64,000 nt of DNA, taken from Blastocystis sp. ATCC 50177/Nand II (Eukaryota). Shown one piece after another: positions 34,377 through 46,965 of this stretch. The position numbers and the translations under genes are program-made. The notes under the pieces were generated by a model, which was given only the letters and a program-made list of their open reading frames with translations, searched no databases and was not told where the DNA came from. Numbering within the stretch: the first letter of the stretch is position 1; each line of letters opens with the position of its first letter. The DNA lies in NCBI GenBank assembly GCA_039096935.1, contig JBBPEE010000035.1, positions 310,001 to 374,000 of the forward strand, written 5' to 3'.

Positions 34377-37300
34377 ATGGGCGTGCCTTCCTTTTTCCAG
34401 TACATCAAACGCAAGTACCCTATGGTCGTGGAGATGGTCTCCACGGCGTCTCTTATGCCGGAGTGCGACAATCTGTTCATCGACGTGAACGCGCTTATCC
34501 ACGACATTTCCCACAACGGCAACGACGCCTCCGTGTACGCGTCCTATGAAGTGGTTGCGGCGCGCCTCATGGCGGAAATGGACAGGGTGATCATGTTTAT
34601 CAACCCGCAGAAGCTGATCTACATTGCCGTCGATGGGACGGTCCCCAGAAGCAAGATGAATCAGCAGCGCGAGCGCCGTTTCGTTTCCGCGGCAGACAAC
34701 GGCATTCAGCAGGAGGTTGTGCAGAACGAAGTGCCCTTCGACTCCAATTGCATCTCCCCGGGAACGGAGTTCATGGAAGCCGTTAACGATATACTGAAGT
34801 ACTACATTGCGCAGCGGCTGTCCACGGACCCCGCATGGAAGAAGTTGCATGTGATCTATTCTTCCCATCGCCATCCCGGAGAGGGAGAGCACAAGATCAT
34901 CGATTTCCTCCGCGACATGATCAAGTCGGGGAAGTACAACGACAACGACCGTAACATCCTGCTCGGATCCGATGCGGATTTCATTCTGCTCGCGCAGACG
35001 CTCCATAAGAAGAACATCGACATCGTTCGCAAAGCGGACCTATGGAACAGTTCCATGAAGAAGCTGGACATCAAGTCGCTGAACAACGATGTGACTGCAG
35101 CGACTGCGGGTGATCTGTAGAACTTCTACGTTCTCCACGTGAACGTGTTCAACGAGCTGCTCATTCGCGACATCACACAGGACTGCAACTCCTGGATCAC
35201 GAAGGACATGACGGGCCGCATCATCGACGATTTCGTGTTCCTCATGATCTTCTGCGGCAACGACTTCATGCCGCAGATTCCCTTCCTGAACATCACCACT
35301 AACTGCATCCAGCTGATGATCAACGCTTACATCGAGCTGCTGCAGGAGAAGAAGCGTTTCATCGTGTCCAAGAGCAAGCCGGACGTGCTGCTGCTGCGCC
35401 AGATCCTGAACAAGGTGAAGGTGGTGGAGGAGACCACCTTCCAGCAGAACAAGCACGACTACCTGACCTCGCTTCAAGGCGTGCTGGAGACGGAGGTGCG
35501 CTGGCCGCAGCAGCAGACACTCCGTTCACAGTTAGCCGCGTGCACCACCTTCACAGCATACCGCCGCCTGTACTACCGGATCAAGTTGGGCGTGGATGTG
35601 GATGGTAAGCGTTGTGATCACCCTCACCGCTAGACGAGCCGGCCATGCGCGCGCTGTGCGACGAGTACTTCCAGGGCCTGTGCTGGGTGCTGCGCTACTA
35701 CAACGCCACCGTGCCTTCCTGGAGCTGGGTGTATCGTCATCACTACGCCGCCTTCGCCAGCGACATCGCCACCTTCGTGCAGTACGGGCGGCGCGCGGCG
35801 TTTACCGTAGGTGCTGCGAGGCCTTCGAGCTGAGCCACCCCTTCACGCCCTTTCAGCACCTCGTTTGCTGCCTGCCGCCCAAGTCCGCGGGATTCCTCCC
35901 GCCCTCCTACGCGCGCCTGCTGACGTCGGCGGACTCCCCGCTGCACGACTACTACCCCGAGCAGTTCGCGCGGGACCTGAACGGGAAGCGACGTGATTAC
36001 GAGGCGGTGGTGATCTTGCCGTTTATTGACGAGGAACGCGTGCTGCGCGTGATCGAGACGCAGCACTGCGACGAGGGCCTGACGGAGAAGGAGAAGGTGC
36101 GCAACAGCTTCGAGAAGGAGCTGTTCATGACGTACGCGGAGTCGCCGCGCGTGTTCGCCTCGCCGCTGGACCGCCAGTACTACCCCGACATCATCGACTC
36201 CCACTGCACTGTGCTAGAGCTGGACGGCTACGCGCCCGTGTTCGCGGCGCTGGAGGCGGCCGACCACCACGACAAGACGGCGGTGTTTTCGTCGATCTAC
36301 CCGTTCTGCGTGGGCATCCAGCACCCGCACCCGCAGCAGGAGAAGAGAAAGTTCCAGCTGACGGACAGCGTGATGTCGGTGGTGGAGGTGGACTTCTCCG
36401 CCTACCCCTTCATCAGCAACCTGCAGTCGCTCCAGGCGCTGGCGCGGCAGTACTACGGGCAGTTCGTGCAGTTCGGGTACCCGCAGTGCAAGATCGCACA
36501 GGTGACGGGGCTGTACACGTACGAGTTCGGGTGCGAGTGCGCGCCGGAGCCGGGCAAGGACGAGGAGTCCATTCACACGTACATGTTACACAAGGACGAG
36601 AAGGACCGGATGAAGGAGGTGCTGAACGGGATGAAGAAGCTGGCGATGCAGGGCGTTCCGGAGAACAGCTACGAGGTGGGCAGTCTGGACATCGGCGACA
36701 ACAACATCGTGATGCGTCTGCGGCCCGTGTACCACTTCGCGCGGCGACAGAGCGACGGAATGGTGATGCCGCTGTTCTCGCACCAGTTTATCTACTACCC
36801 CTTCTGTCTCACGCGCCCCGCTAAGAAGCTGTCGATCACGGGCGGCGGGCTGTCCGTGAGTGCGATGGGCGCGTACACGATGAAGGCGGGAGACGAGGTG
36901 GTGTACGTGGGGGAGAAAAAGTTGGGGTCGTTGGGGCTGCGCGGGTATCGTGGCGTGGTGAAGGAGGTGAAGGAGAAGACGGTGGAGGTGGAGTTGGAGC
37001 TGAGGGTGGAGGAGGGCGTGGAGGGCGAGGCGAGTCGCGCGTGGGTGAAGGAGGAGGACGTGAAGCGGCAGCTGAAGAAGGAGCACCAGCCCCTACTCCA
37101 CGCGTGTCTGAACTACCTGTTCGTGAAGGGCGAGAAGGAGAACGTGATCTTCAGTCTCAACCTCGCCTTCAGCTCCAAGCACCTGGTGCGCGAGGGCCTG
37201 ACGCGCCAGCAGACCGCGCACAAGGCGAAGCGCGAGGTGACGCTGCCGGCGCGGTACTACGCGCGGCTGGCGGTGAACGCGGAGGAGAGCCAGGAGGTGA

Positions 37301-37940
37301 AGACGGAGGCGCCGAACGTGGAGTACTCGCCCGCGGCGGTGGAGATCATCAAGGAGTACTTCAGGCGGTTCGGCGCGGTGCTGACGAAGAACATCACGAT
37401 GAAGGGAATGAAGCCCGTGATCGAGAAGAGCATGACGGAGGAGAAGGCGAGAGAGATCCGCGCGTGGGTGCAGGCGCAGGTGGAGGCGCACGCGTTCGTC
37501 ACGCAAGACACCATCAGCGCCACGCAGTCCTTCCGCCACAAGCTGCAGAACCGTTGAGGTGATGAGGAGGCGTGAGAAATAGGCGCAGTTTCGGGCATGA
37601 CGGTGAAAGCGGAGCTGGAGTGCGAGAAGAAGGAGCTGCTGATCCGCGAGCCGCAGTACAACGTGGTGTCGGACGCGGTGCTGCTGCAGCCCATGCCCTC
37701 GGTGGGTGACGCCGTGGTGATCGTGCAGCACGCCACCATTCCGTTCGGCGCGCGGGCGGTGGTGACGTCGGTCAGTCTGGACTCCATGTGGATGGAAGTG
37801 CTGCTGGACCAGCCGTGCCTCGCCGGCGTGTCGCGCGAGAGCGTCGTGGACGCGTCGTATTGCGTCGGAAGGGAGGTGTAGGTGATGGGGGAGGCGTTGA
37901 GCGTAGAATTGTGCACAAGAACTCTTGCTATGTTCTCTGA
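34377..37940 (+). CDS. XRN1: 5'-3' exoribonuclease XRN1-like
   Basis: [59 protein letters not shown]-terminal KOW/SH3-like region. Confidence 0.9.
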
Positions 37941-37997
37941 GTGATTTCTGTTTGTTGCACTACCGTTGAGCGATCTTCATTGGAATCGTCATCTCTC

Positions 37998-40900
37998 ATG
38001 GACGTTTCAACGAGTCGTCTCTTTGTCACGCACTGAACGCATAGATGCACATATAGGAGAGAACCAGAAGGATGTGGAGGTGAACAAGGATCGAAAGACG
38101 TTTCAATGCTTTTCAAGGAGTATCTGCATTATAGAGTTGTTACACATAGATTCGACCAAGAAGCTGTCCTATGCGGTGTACAATCCCGTTGTGAAGGGAG
38201 ATCCGGTTCTTTTTGGCGTCCGCCTGTCTTTCAAGAGCGAGGGCACGGCGCAGATTGGATTCGTCGTCACAACCAAGGGGAGCAGCGCGAATTCCTTCGT
38301 TCTCTTCGATCTGTTGCATCTCTTCTCTCTTTTCACGTGTAGAAGGAGCAGCGAATTCATTCTTCTGAACAGGAGAGTCCCAATCCATTCTCTTCCTTCC
38401 TGCTTCTGTATCCCTTGTGTTTCTGTCTTCCCGTAGGCGAGGAAGTCGACGCCTACGTGGAGTGGAAGGCGTCCACCGTTACCGTTTCCATTAACGGCTG
38501 TCAGGCAGTAGCTTCGTCGTTCCATCTTCACGGTAGACCGCTCGCTGCTCGTACCAAGAGAGTTTCTTCATCGCGCCCCTTCTCATCGGTCATGATTTCG
38601 CCTGCACCCATCTCTTGTGCTTCGAGGTGTCTCCCTCCGCCTCCCTCTTCTGCAACCTCTCTCCGCGTAGCTCCCTCCCTCCTCCTCCACTCTAGCCATC
38701 ACTCCCTCCCAACTCACCTTCTCTCCTCTTCAGCCCAGCACGCCTTTTTCTCCTCCTTCACTCCCTAGTCATCATCACAGCCAAGCCCACACGCACGCGT
38801 CCCTACCCCACCCTCCTTCGCAACTCCGACATCGCCCTTCCCTCCTCTTACAAAGTACATCTCCTTCTCGCCTCTCACGCAGATCTTCCCTACGCAGCAC
38901 AGCTACACAAGCCATCTGCACCGAATCACCACCACCGCCTTCAAGTCCAACCACTCTGTGCTCGTCACCTCGCCCTTCGAGGACTATCGGCGCAGCGACG
39001 GCAAGGGCAGCTTCGTCTTCGACGGCTACGAGGTCTACGTCAGCCGCTTCGGCCTCCGCGCCGAGCAGCCCAACGCCTGGCTGGAGGAGACGATCCGCGT
39101 GGGCGAGTGTTCCACGGAGCTGTCCGTCGGGTGCGTGGTGCCGATGAAGGAGGCGAACGCCGCAACGCTGCGCAGACACTTCCACGGCGTGGCGGTGCAT
39201 GTGAAGGAGGAGAAGGTGGCGGTGCGAGTGGAGGTGGTGGGAACGGAGATGCGTTTGGTGGTGCGCACCAAATCGCAAGTTCTGTACGAGGAACGGATGA
39301 GTGTGGTCACTGCTTTTCCGGGTAGACGTGCTCACCGAAACTGAGGGCTAGCGTTCTGGTTCTCCGCCGAGCCGTACATGGCGGTGCGCGTCACTGTCTG
39401 CGGTCTGCAGGCCTCGTCGCTTCCCGCCATCTGCAAGTGGGAGTTTCCGTCTTCCCAGAAGCAGCTGTGTCTGCGGCCCACCTTCTTGAACGAGGTGGAG
39501 AAGAGCGGCGCGGTGTTCAGGCCCACTCAGGTGCCGCGGCTGCTGACGACGGACCACGGGTTCTGCTTCGGGAGCGCCACACTGGTGATGGAGGTGGGAG
39601 AGGGCGGCGTGGGCGGTGTGGGCGTGTGCTGTCGACCAGGTGTGTGAGGATGTGTGGAGTGATGGGTAGTGAACGAGAGAGACCCGCTGAACGACAAGAG
39701 CGTGTGCTATGTGGATGTGATGAAGGGCGTGGTGGTGGGAGGCGTGGGAAGCTACCGAGTGGGCGTGAAAGCGGTGAAGGGAAGCATGGTACGCATGACG
39801 GTGGACTTCGACCTGGGGCTGGTGTGGGTGTGGGTGGACGAGCAACTGGCATGTGTCGTCCACCTGACGGCGGACCTGCTCGACAAGCCGCACATGCTGT
39901 ATCCGTGTGTTCTGTTTAGTCACCCCACACACTCGTTCTATCTCATGTCCTTCGTGCTGAACGAGGGCCACCGCCTCGGCGACGTGCTCGGCGGCGACTA
40001 CAGGCTGCGCGAGTCGCTCAACCGCCTCAGCGACATGTATCTTCTGCAAGAGGACCAGTACCAGACTGAGCTGGAGGAGCGCGAAACCGCCTGCAAGAAG
40101 GCGAAGGTCGTGGCGTGCTCCAAGCCTCACGAATAGCTGACGGACCCGTCACAGCTCACTCTCCTCGGCAACGGCGCCGTGTGCTCCTCCTTCGCTGTAC
40201 ACTGGAAAGACACCTCCTTCCCTCTGGTGGCGAAGCGCATTCACCCGTACTTGCACACGCACACGCGCACCGACGCCTGGACGAACGAGGAGTACACGAA
40301 GGACTGGCAGAGCGGGTGCGAGTCGTACGACTACGTCAAGAGCTTCCTGCTGGACTTTAGCATTCCCCACGACCTGCCCTACCACGGCCTGCTTCAGAAC
40401 TACGCCATTCAGAGCGACCGTCTCTCACTGTCGTGCGAGGACGTGAGCGTGCCTGCGTTTCCTGAGGAATAGACGCTCGCCACGCCGTCCGGCGAGAACG
40501 CCGAGACGTACTACATGTTCATCGAGCCGATGGCGATGACGCTGGACGCGTATATCAAACGAATCGACAACGAGAACGGCATCGGCGCCTACAACACCCT
40601 GCTTGTTCTCTGCCGACTTGCTCTCTGTCTGTGCCACCTGTACCAGTACGGCATTGTTCACAATGACCTGAAGCCCGACAACGTGATGATCAAGGACGAG
40701 GCGTCGCCGAACGACGTGCGGCTGATCGACTTCGGCGAGAGCTTCATCGGGATGGACGTGGTGTCCTCCTCGCCCGTGTGCAAGAAGGGCAACCTCCACT
40801 ACAAGTGAGCAAGGATGGGTGGGGTGAGAAACAGGGCGCCGGAGCTGGCGAAGGAGTACGCCGACATGCGCGTGATCAACGCATCGCGAGCGGATGTGTG

Positions 40901-41304
40901 GAGTCTGGGCATGCTTGCCTACACGGTAGGCGTATGGTGTGTGGATAATCCATAGCTGATCGGAATGGAGATTGAGTCGGCGCAGCTGGTGAAGCGGGAG
41001 TTTCACTTTGAGCGGTTGAAGGAGCAGCATTGTGAGGAAGAAGAGAAGGAGTGAAGTATAGTTGGCAGTCAGATGATGGAGTTCATTCAGCGAGTGAGTG
41101 TGGTGGACGAGTTCGAGAGGCCCGACGCTGCCGAGTGCTTGCGGATCCTGATGAAGGTGCTGTTCGACATTCCCGTTGATGATGCGGGCCGAGTGAACTA
41201 CCTGACGGAGAAGGTGATGGAGGTGGTGGACGACTTGTCGACGCCGGCGGATGAGCTGGCGCTGCTCGTCGAGTGTTTGTATGTATCATTAAGTCGTATG
41301 TTCT
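37998..41304 (+). CDS. Ser/Thr kinase with N-terminal SPRY-like beta domains; start approximate, poly(A)-made stop
   Basis: VRMTVDFDLGLVWVWVD..LYPCVLF; HNDLKPDN, DFG, APE, DVWSLG; ends ATG TTC T|CTCG TGTTTGTT. Confidence 0.65.
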
Positions 41305-41435
41305 CTCGTGTTTGTTTTGGAGTGCGTTGCTTCATTCCCTTCTCATCCCTCAAATCCCCATTGTGAATTGTGTGCATCCTTCACATTCCACATGAACACT
41401 GCAACGATTGTACAGAAAACAGAGGAAACAAACTA

Positions 41436-44400
41436 CTAAACTCTGGAACGATTCCTTCTCTGCTTAACGAGCTCTCGTCTACGCTTCCGACACACGCAAA
41501 CAATCACATCGACAACAATGAACAACACGCAAGGCGCAATTACAGTGTACAGGCAAAAGAAGCCGAGCGACACCAGCAGCGACTGTTCCACGGAAAACCG
41601 GATGAAGTAGGACGTTGACAGGCACGTCTCGCTTCGCGTCGCGATCGTCACGTTGAAAGACCCCATCTTCGCCGGGACTCCCGCGATGATGCCCGTGCGA
41701 TTGTCAAGCGTCAAGCCGTCTGGCAGCGCGCCGGACACGATCGCGTACTCCAGCATGGGCTCCTTCGGCACGGCGTAGAACTGCCCGGTGAGCCGCGTCC
41801 GGTAGAAGGCGTCGTACAGCTCGGCGTGACACGAAGACACGAGGAGCCACCTGCCGCCGCGGCAGATGAACTGATCGAACATGGAGTCCTCCACGAAGGA
41901 GCAGGCGAGCGTATTCGCCTTGCACGCCTTCCAGTCCTTGCAGTCCGTGCGCTGCACCGACAGCGTCAGGACGGCGGTCGCCTCGCCCGAAGGGTTCGTT
42001 GCACGGAGCGTGAACTGCCGCGCGGGGAACAGAACCGTGGGAATGCCGGATATCTCTCCCGTGGTTGTGTTCATCGCAAGGCCCTGCGGCAACGCTGGCG
42101 TGGCATCGATGGAGAACCCGAACACGATGTTCCGAACCGCGGGAATGCCCGTGGTTCCCTCCATGTCAATCTCGAACACGTACTCCGTCTGGTTGTACGC
42201 CAGATGCGTCGGCACGTCGTACACGCAGTGCTCCGTGCGGGCGGGACCCAGCACGCCGCCACTGCACTCTCTGTAGGCGTAGCCGTGGAAGAACACCGGA
42301 CACGTCGACGACGACACCTCGCCTTCGTTCACGGGGGGATAGCGTCCGTCGCCGGCACAGCCGTTGCCGTCTGCCAGGCAGTACTGCATCAGGACGGCGT
42401 TCACGCCCACCGGCGCGGAAGCAGGTGCCGTGACCTCAAACTTGAACTGTCGGAAGCCGGCAAGCGCCACAGCCACACGCCAGGCGGTGCGCTGACGATC
42501 CTGCACGGCCTGCGCAGCGCGTTGCAGAGCTGCTGCATACGAGTCCTCCGGAGCGAACCGCGCGGACAGCGCAAAGGCAAAGCCCGTGACTGCCGTACTC
42601 GCCTGCAGCGCGAAGCTGCTGAACTTGGATCCCTCCAGGTTCTCCACTGTCCACTCGATAAAGGAGCCGACGGTGTTGGCCAGGGAGCCGAAGGTGGAGG
42701 GGTTCAAATCGAACAAGTCCTCCTTCGTGCAGCCAGTTATAGTGCTGGATTCGATGGCCGAGAAGGTGTTCAACACCACCGAGCACTCGTTTACGCCGAA
42801 CACGCCCGTGGCGTCGAACACAATGGCAGATTGATCGGCACTGCGGTGCACCTCAAACGCCATCACGTTCTTGTCGGCCACGGCATTCACGGTGGAGAGA
42901 ATCACGTGGAACTTGGAGAAGAGAGACGCGTCGTGCGTCGTCAACGCCTCCGTCGCACTGTCGAACTCATACGGCAGGTTGAAACGCGCCACCAGGTTGC
43001 CGTTGAAGTACACAGCCATACCACCCGCGTACTTCACGCACACGTTCAGCACGTGGTAGTCCTCCAGATTGGGTATGCTCACCTCACGGCGGATGTACGC
43101 CGTGGTTCCGACGTGGTTGCCCATCGCCGCGGCCTTCACGCTCTGCCACTCCGAATCGTCAAACTCCACAGCCCTCCAGTCCTCGCTCATGGCATTCTCG
43201 CTGTTGAACAGCCGCCATTCATCCACCTCCACCTGGAACGGCAGCAGCGAGGAGAAGGAGGTCACGACGGAATCCACGCCGTACGGCACCTGCCCCGCCT
43301 CGAACACCGTCTCGCCCGCGTCCACACTCAGCCACCAGCCCGCGGGGTTCGTCCAGCCCGTGCTCGGCGCGTCGCGCAGCTGAAGGGTGTACAGCCCCTG
43401 CGGCAGACACCAGTCCGCATAGTTCAGCCCGTTCGACGCGAGGAAGGCATTGGTGCTGGCGACGAGCGAGCCCGCTGTGCCTCGGCCAGAGAAGAGTCGG
43501 TAGGAGGCCTCGAAGGGCGCGTCGTCCAGGCGTGCGGTGAGAGTGATGAGAGAGTTGAGTCCGGCGCACGCCTCCACCGAGAGGAGAATGAAGGTGGTGC
43601 TCACGCCGCCGCCGGCGCGCTTGGCGTTGATGATGAAGGTGGACCGCGACAACAGCGCGTGCGTGAAGCCGGAGAGAATGCCGCTGTTCGCGTCGAGAGA
43701 GAGGCCGTCGGGGAGCGAGGGCGTGATGGAGAAGTCATAGTAGTGCTGCGAGTTGGGGTACAGAGGCGTCATGTGCGTATCGCGGCGCACCACCACCGGC
43801 GTGTCGTACATCAAATCCGGCGTCTGCGCGAGAAACGTGTCTGCGAGCAGATCCACACCGCCCAGCTGCCACGTGCAGTCTTGAGAATCGCCCGTGATGT
43901 CCTCAAGGCGATACTGGTTCCACGGCTGGTTGTTCTCCAGCCAGATCCTCTTCGTCTCGCCCATGGCGAACCAGCCCAGGCCAACCACCTGCTTCAGCGT
44001 CGTCCACGCCTCCTCGTCGCTGTTGCGCACCTTCACGGCGAACTGTCTCGGCGCTCGGTCGCCCTGGAGGGGATGGAGAGACAGCGTGAGAGAAGACACC
44101 CACTCGCGACGCGCGTGATCGAAGGTCACTTGCCAGTAGTTGATGCAGGCGTCGCCCGCCACCACGCACTCCGACGACTGGTCCGCCGCGCAGGCGGGGT
44201 TCCCGCCGATTCCCGTGGAAGTGATGGAGAAGTCCATCATGCGAGACACCTCAGCAACGCTGAGCAGGTGCAGGGCGCAGTCGAACACGGCAGCGGTCTG
44301 CGAGGCCTCCTGCGCAACAAGTCCCACCACAAGCGTGTTGGCTCCCATCTGGAGGTAGTACTGCTCGGCGGCCGTGTTGGTGGGTATCGTCTTCACGGGC

Positions 44401-46588
44401 AGGGAGATGTGTCGATAGCGAAGGTCGGCGTAGGCGTGGCTGGAGGTGGAGGAGGTCGTGACGGCGCCCACAAGGCCCTGACGGAACACTTCCACGCCGT
44501 TCAGAAGGATCACACACCCGTACTGGAAGCGGAGAGAAAGAACCAGAGCCGAAACACCCTCCAAAACGGCCACGTCAAACGTCTTCTTGTACAGCTGGAA
44601 TTGGCTCGGCGAGGTAGGGAAGGCGCCCGCCGTGCCGACCGCCCAATTCGTGAGGGTGTCCCAATTCTGGGGTATTTCGCCCATCGCATATTCCCACGGG
44701 CTCCTCGGCGCGACTAACCAATTCAGGTTGACGTTACGCTTGGTCGTGCCCATGATGGAATCGTACTGGATTCGGGCGATCGGCTCGTACTCCATGTGGG
44801 TCAGCATCGCGCGCAGCAGCAGGAAGGAGCCGGGCTGCCAGTGGGCGTTGGAGCTGTTCACCGTGACCTCCACGTGGGGACGGTTCAGACAGAGGAGTTG
44901 TCTCCACGTCCGGTTGTTGGTCTGGCTTGTGTTGTAGCCAACGTACAGGAACCCTTCTCCCGTGTCGGTGTCCGTCAGAGAGAAGGTTTCGCTGGCAGCG
45001 TCGCTCTGGTAGGTGCGCACCACCTCAGTGAACATGCCCGAGCACTTCAGCACCTCCAGCATGAACGAGCCGGAGAACGCGCGTCCGATGACGTGGGAGG
45101 TCACCCAGAACGACGTGGCTGGCAGAGGCACGGAGGGCACACCCGAAACGGTGCACGTGTCCGCGTCGAAGGACAGACCGGATGGGAGAGCGGGCGTGAT
45201 CGTGCAGTTGACGAACTCCTGAATGGCTGGATGCACGGTCACCGACTGGTAGTGGGCGTAGACGGAGACGAAGGAGGGCTCCAAGTCGATGCCGGAGGGC
45301 AGGAGGAAGTGACAGGTCAGCGGCTGTACCTCGAAGCCGCTGACGGAGGCGGAGTCGACGGCTTCGTTGATGACGAGTCGGAAGGAACTGTACGGACGGG
45401 CCTGCAAGTACCCGTAAAAGACGCTGTAGGCGTTCGGGTGGTAGGTGGCTCTGGAGATGGAGAACACGGAGTTGAAGGAACCGTAGTCGTGAAGACGTCC
45501 ATCCCACGAGAAGGAGCTGGGTGCGGTGGCGACGGAGGCGGCGGGCCAGATACGCAGGCCGTTGATGTGGGCGCGCGAGCCCTGGAACGCGTAGAACACG
45601 GAGGTGGGGAGATAAGAGGAGGAGAAGAAGGAATCGCGGTCGAAGTCGAAGGTGTGGGTGGCGTTGAAGCCGTAGGAAGTCAGGCTGACGGCGTAGGGGT
45701 AGACGAAACAGTTGGCGGGGCTGCCGACGGGCGTAGAGGACGCGAGGAATGCCATGAACGCGTTGAACTCGGGAGCCATCGCGCCGCTGTACTGGGGAAA
45801 GTGCAGCTCCACGGCCAGCGCGCTCGGGGTTGGCGTGATCTCGCCGCCCGGACGAATCACACCGTGGTACTCCTTGACCAAGTACACGCCCAGCGAGCTG
45901 GTGCTGGGACTCACGGGGCCCTCGGGCATGTGGTCGCGGTAGAACTCCACTCCGTTGATGTAAGCCACGATGCCGTATTGGTAGTAGAAATGCGACTCAT
46001 ACGCCGCCATGCCGAGAGAGCCGACAAATTGCTTGTGATAATACTGTGTGTACATAATAGATTCTCCCGGAGTGCCGAGAGTAACGAGTTCCCAGTCACT
46101 GTCGTCAATTCCGACCAATGTCCATCCAGGCATGACGTAGGACCCGGAGTGGTATCGTCTCCATTCTTCATTCTTGTAGATGGAGTAGTAGAGGGAAAGA
46201 GCATAATCCTCTTCCCCCTTGGTCGTCATATGGCCTTTGAATACTACATTGCCATATAAACCGGATGCACTCAACCAGGAAGACGCACTCCAATAGTCTC
46301 CTGAGGCATCAATAAAGCGAAGCGTGTATTGACGGTTCGGCGATGCGGGAAGGCAATACTCGTCGATGCGTTGTTCGTCATCGGAAAAGGGAGCGCTTGT
46401 GGCCAAAACAAGCGATCCCGAAAGAATCTCGTAGGATTCAGCGTGTCCCGAAGGACCACACTTCTTTTCAATGGATACGTACACCAAATCAGAGGAACAC
46501 GTCAGAAGACCTACAACAGCACAGACTATCGTTCATTTGCAATGTCGCAATGCCTACAGCAGAATAGGATGATGCAAAGTCGCTTCAT
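41436..46588 (-). CDS. Large (~1700 aa) type I surface protein with three repeated galactose-binding-like + He_PIG modules
   Basis: Signal exon MKRLCIILF; repeated GIVAYINGVEF/GCVILLNGVEV/GMAVYFNGNLV and PALPSGL/PSLPDGL/PALPQGL; C-terminal TM. Confidence 0.8.
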
Positions 46589-46965
46589 TCGCCTCTCCGT
46601 TTGAGTAAATGGAGTGTGGGCGTTTCGCCGCCCAAAACGACTCCGAATTGTGGAATGGGCTCAAAGAGCGAGTGTGCAGTTGCTGATGACGAAAGGAGGA
46701 TAAAGGACTTGTAGTCTTCATAGCATTGCGAGAATTGAGTGTATCCGCTCCTCAGTGAGCACATCACACAAATTGATGGGAAATAACAAATATGGATTGT
46801 TCTTTGCACCAGAGAGAGTAATAGAAGGAATCAACAAGAATGGTCATCAGCAACTGAATGAAGTCGAAATAACATTCCTTGAGTATTTGAACCCTTACCG
46901 TTTCAAATCGAGTGTTATTCCCTCCAGTTACCAATCACACATTTCCATTATCCCTATTGAAACAA

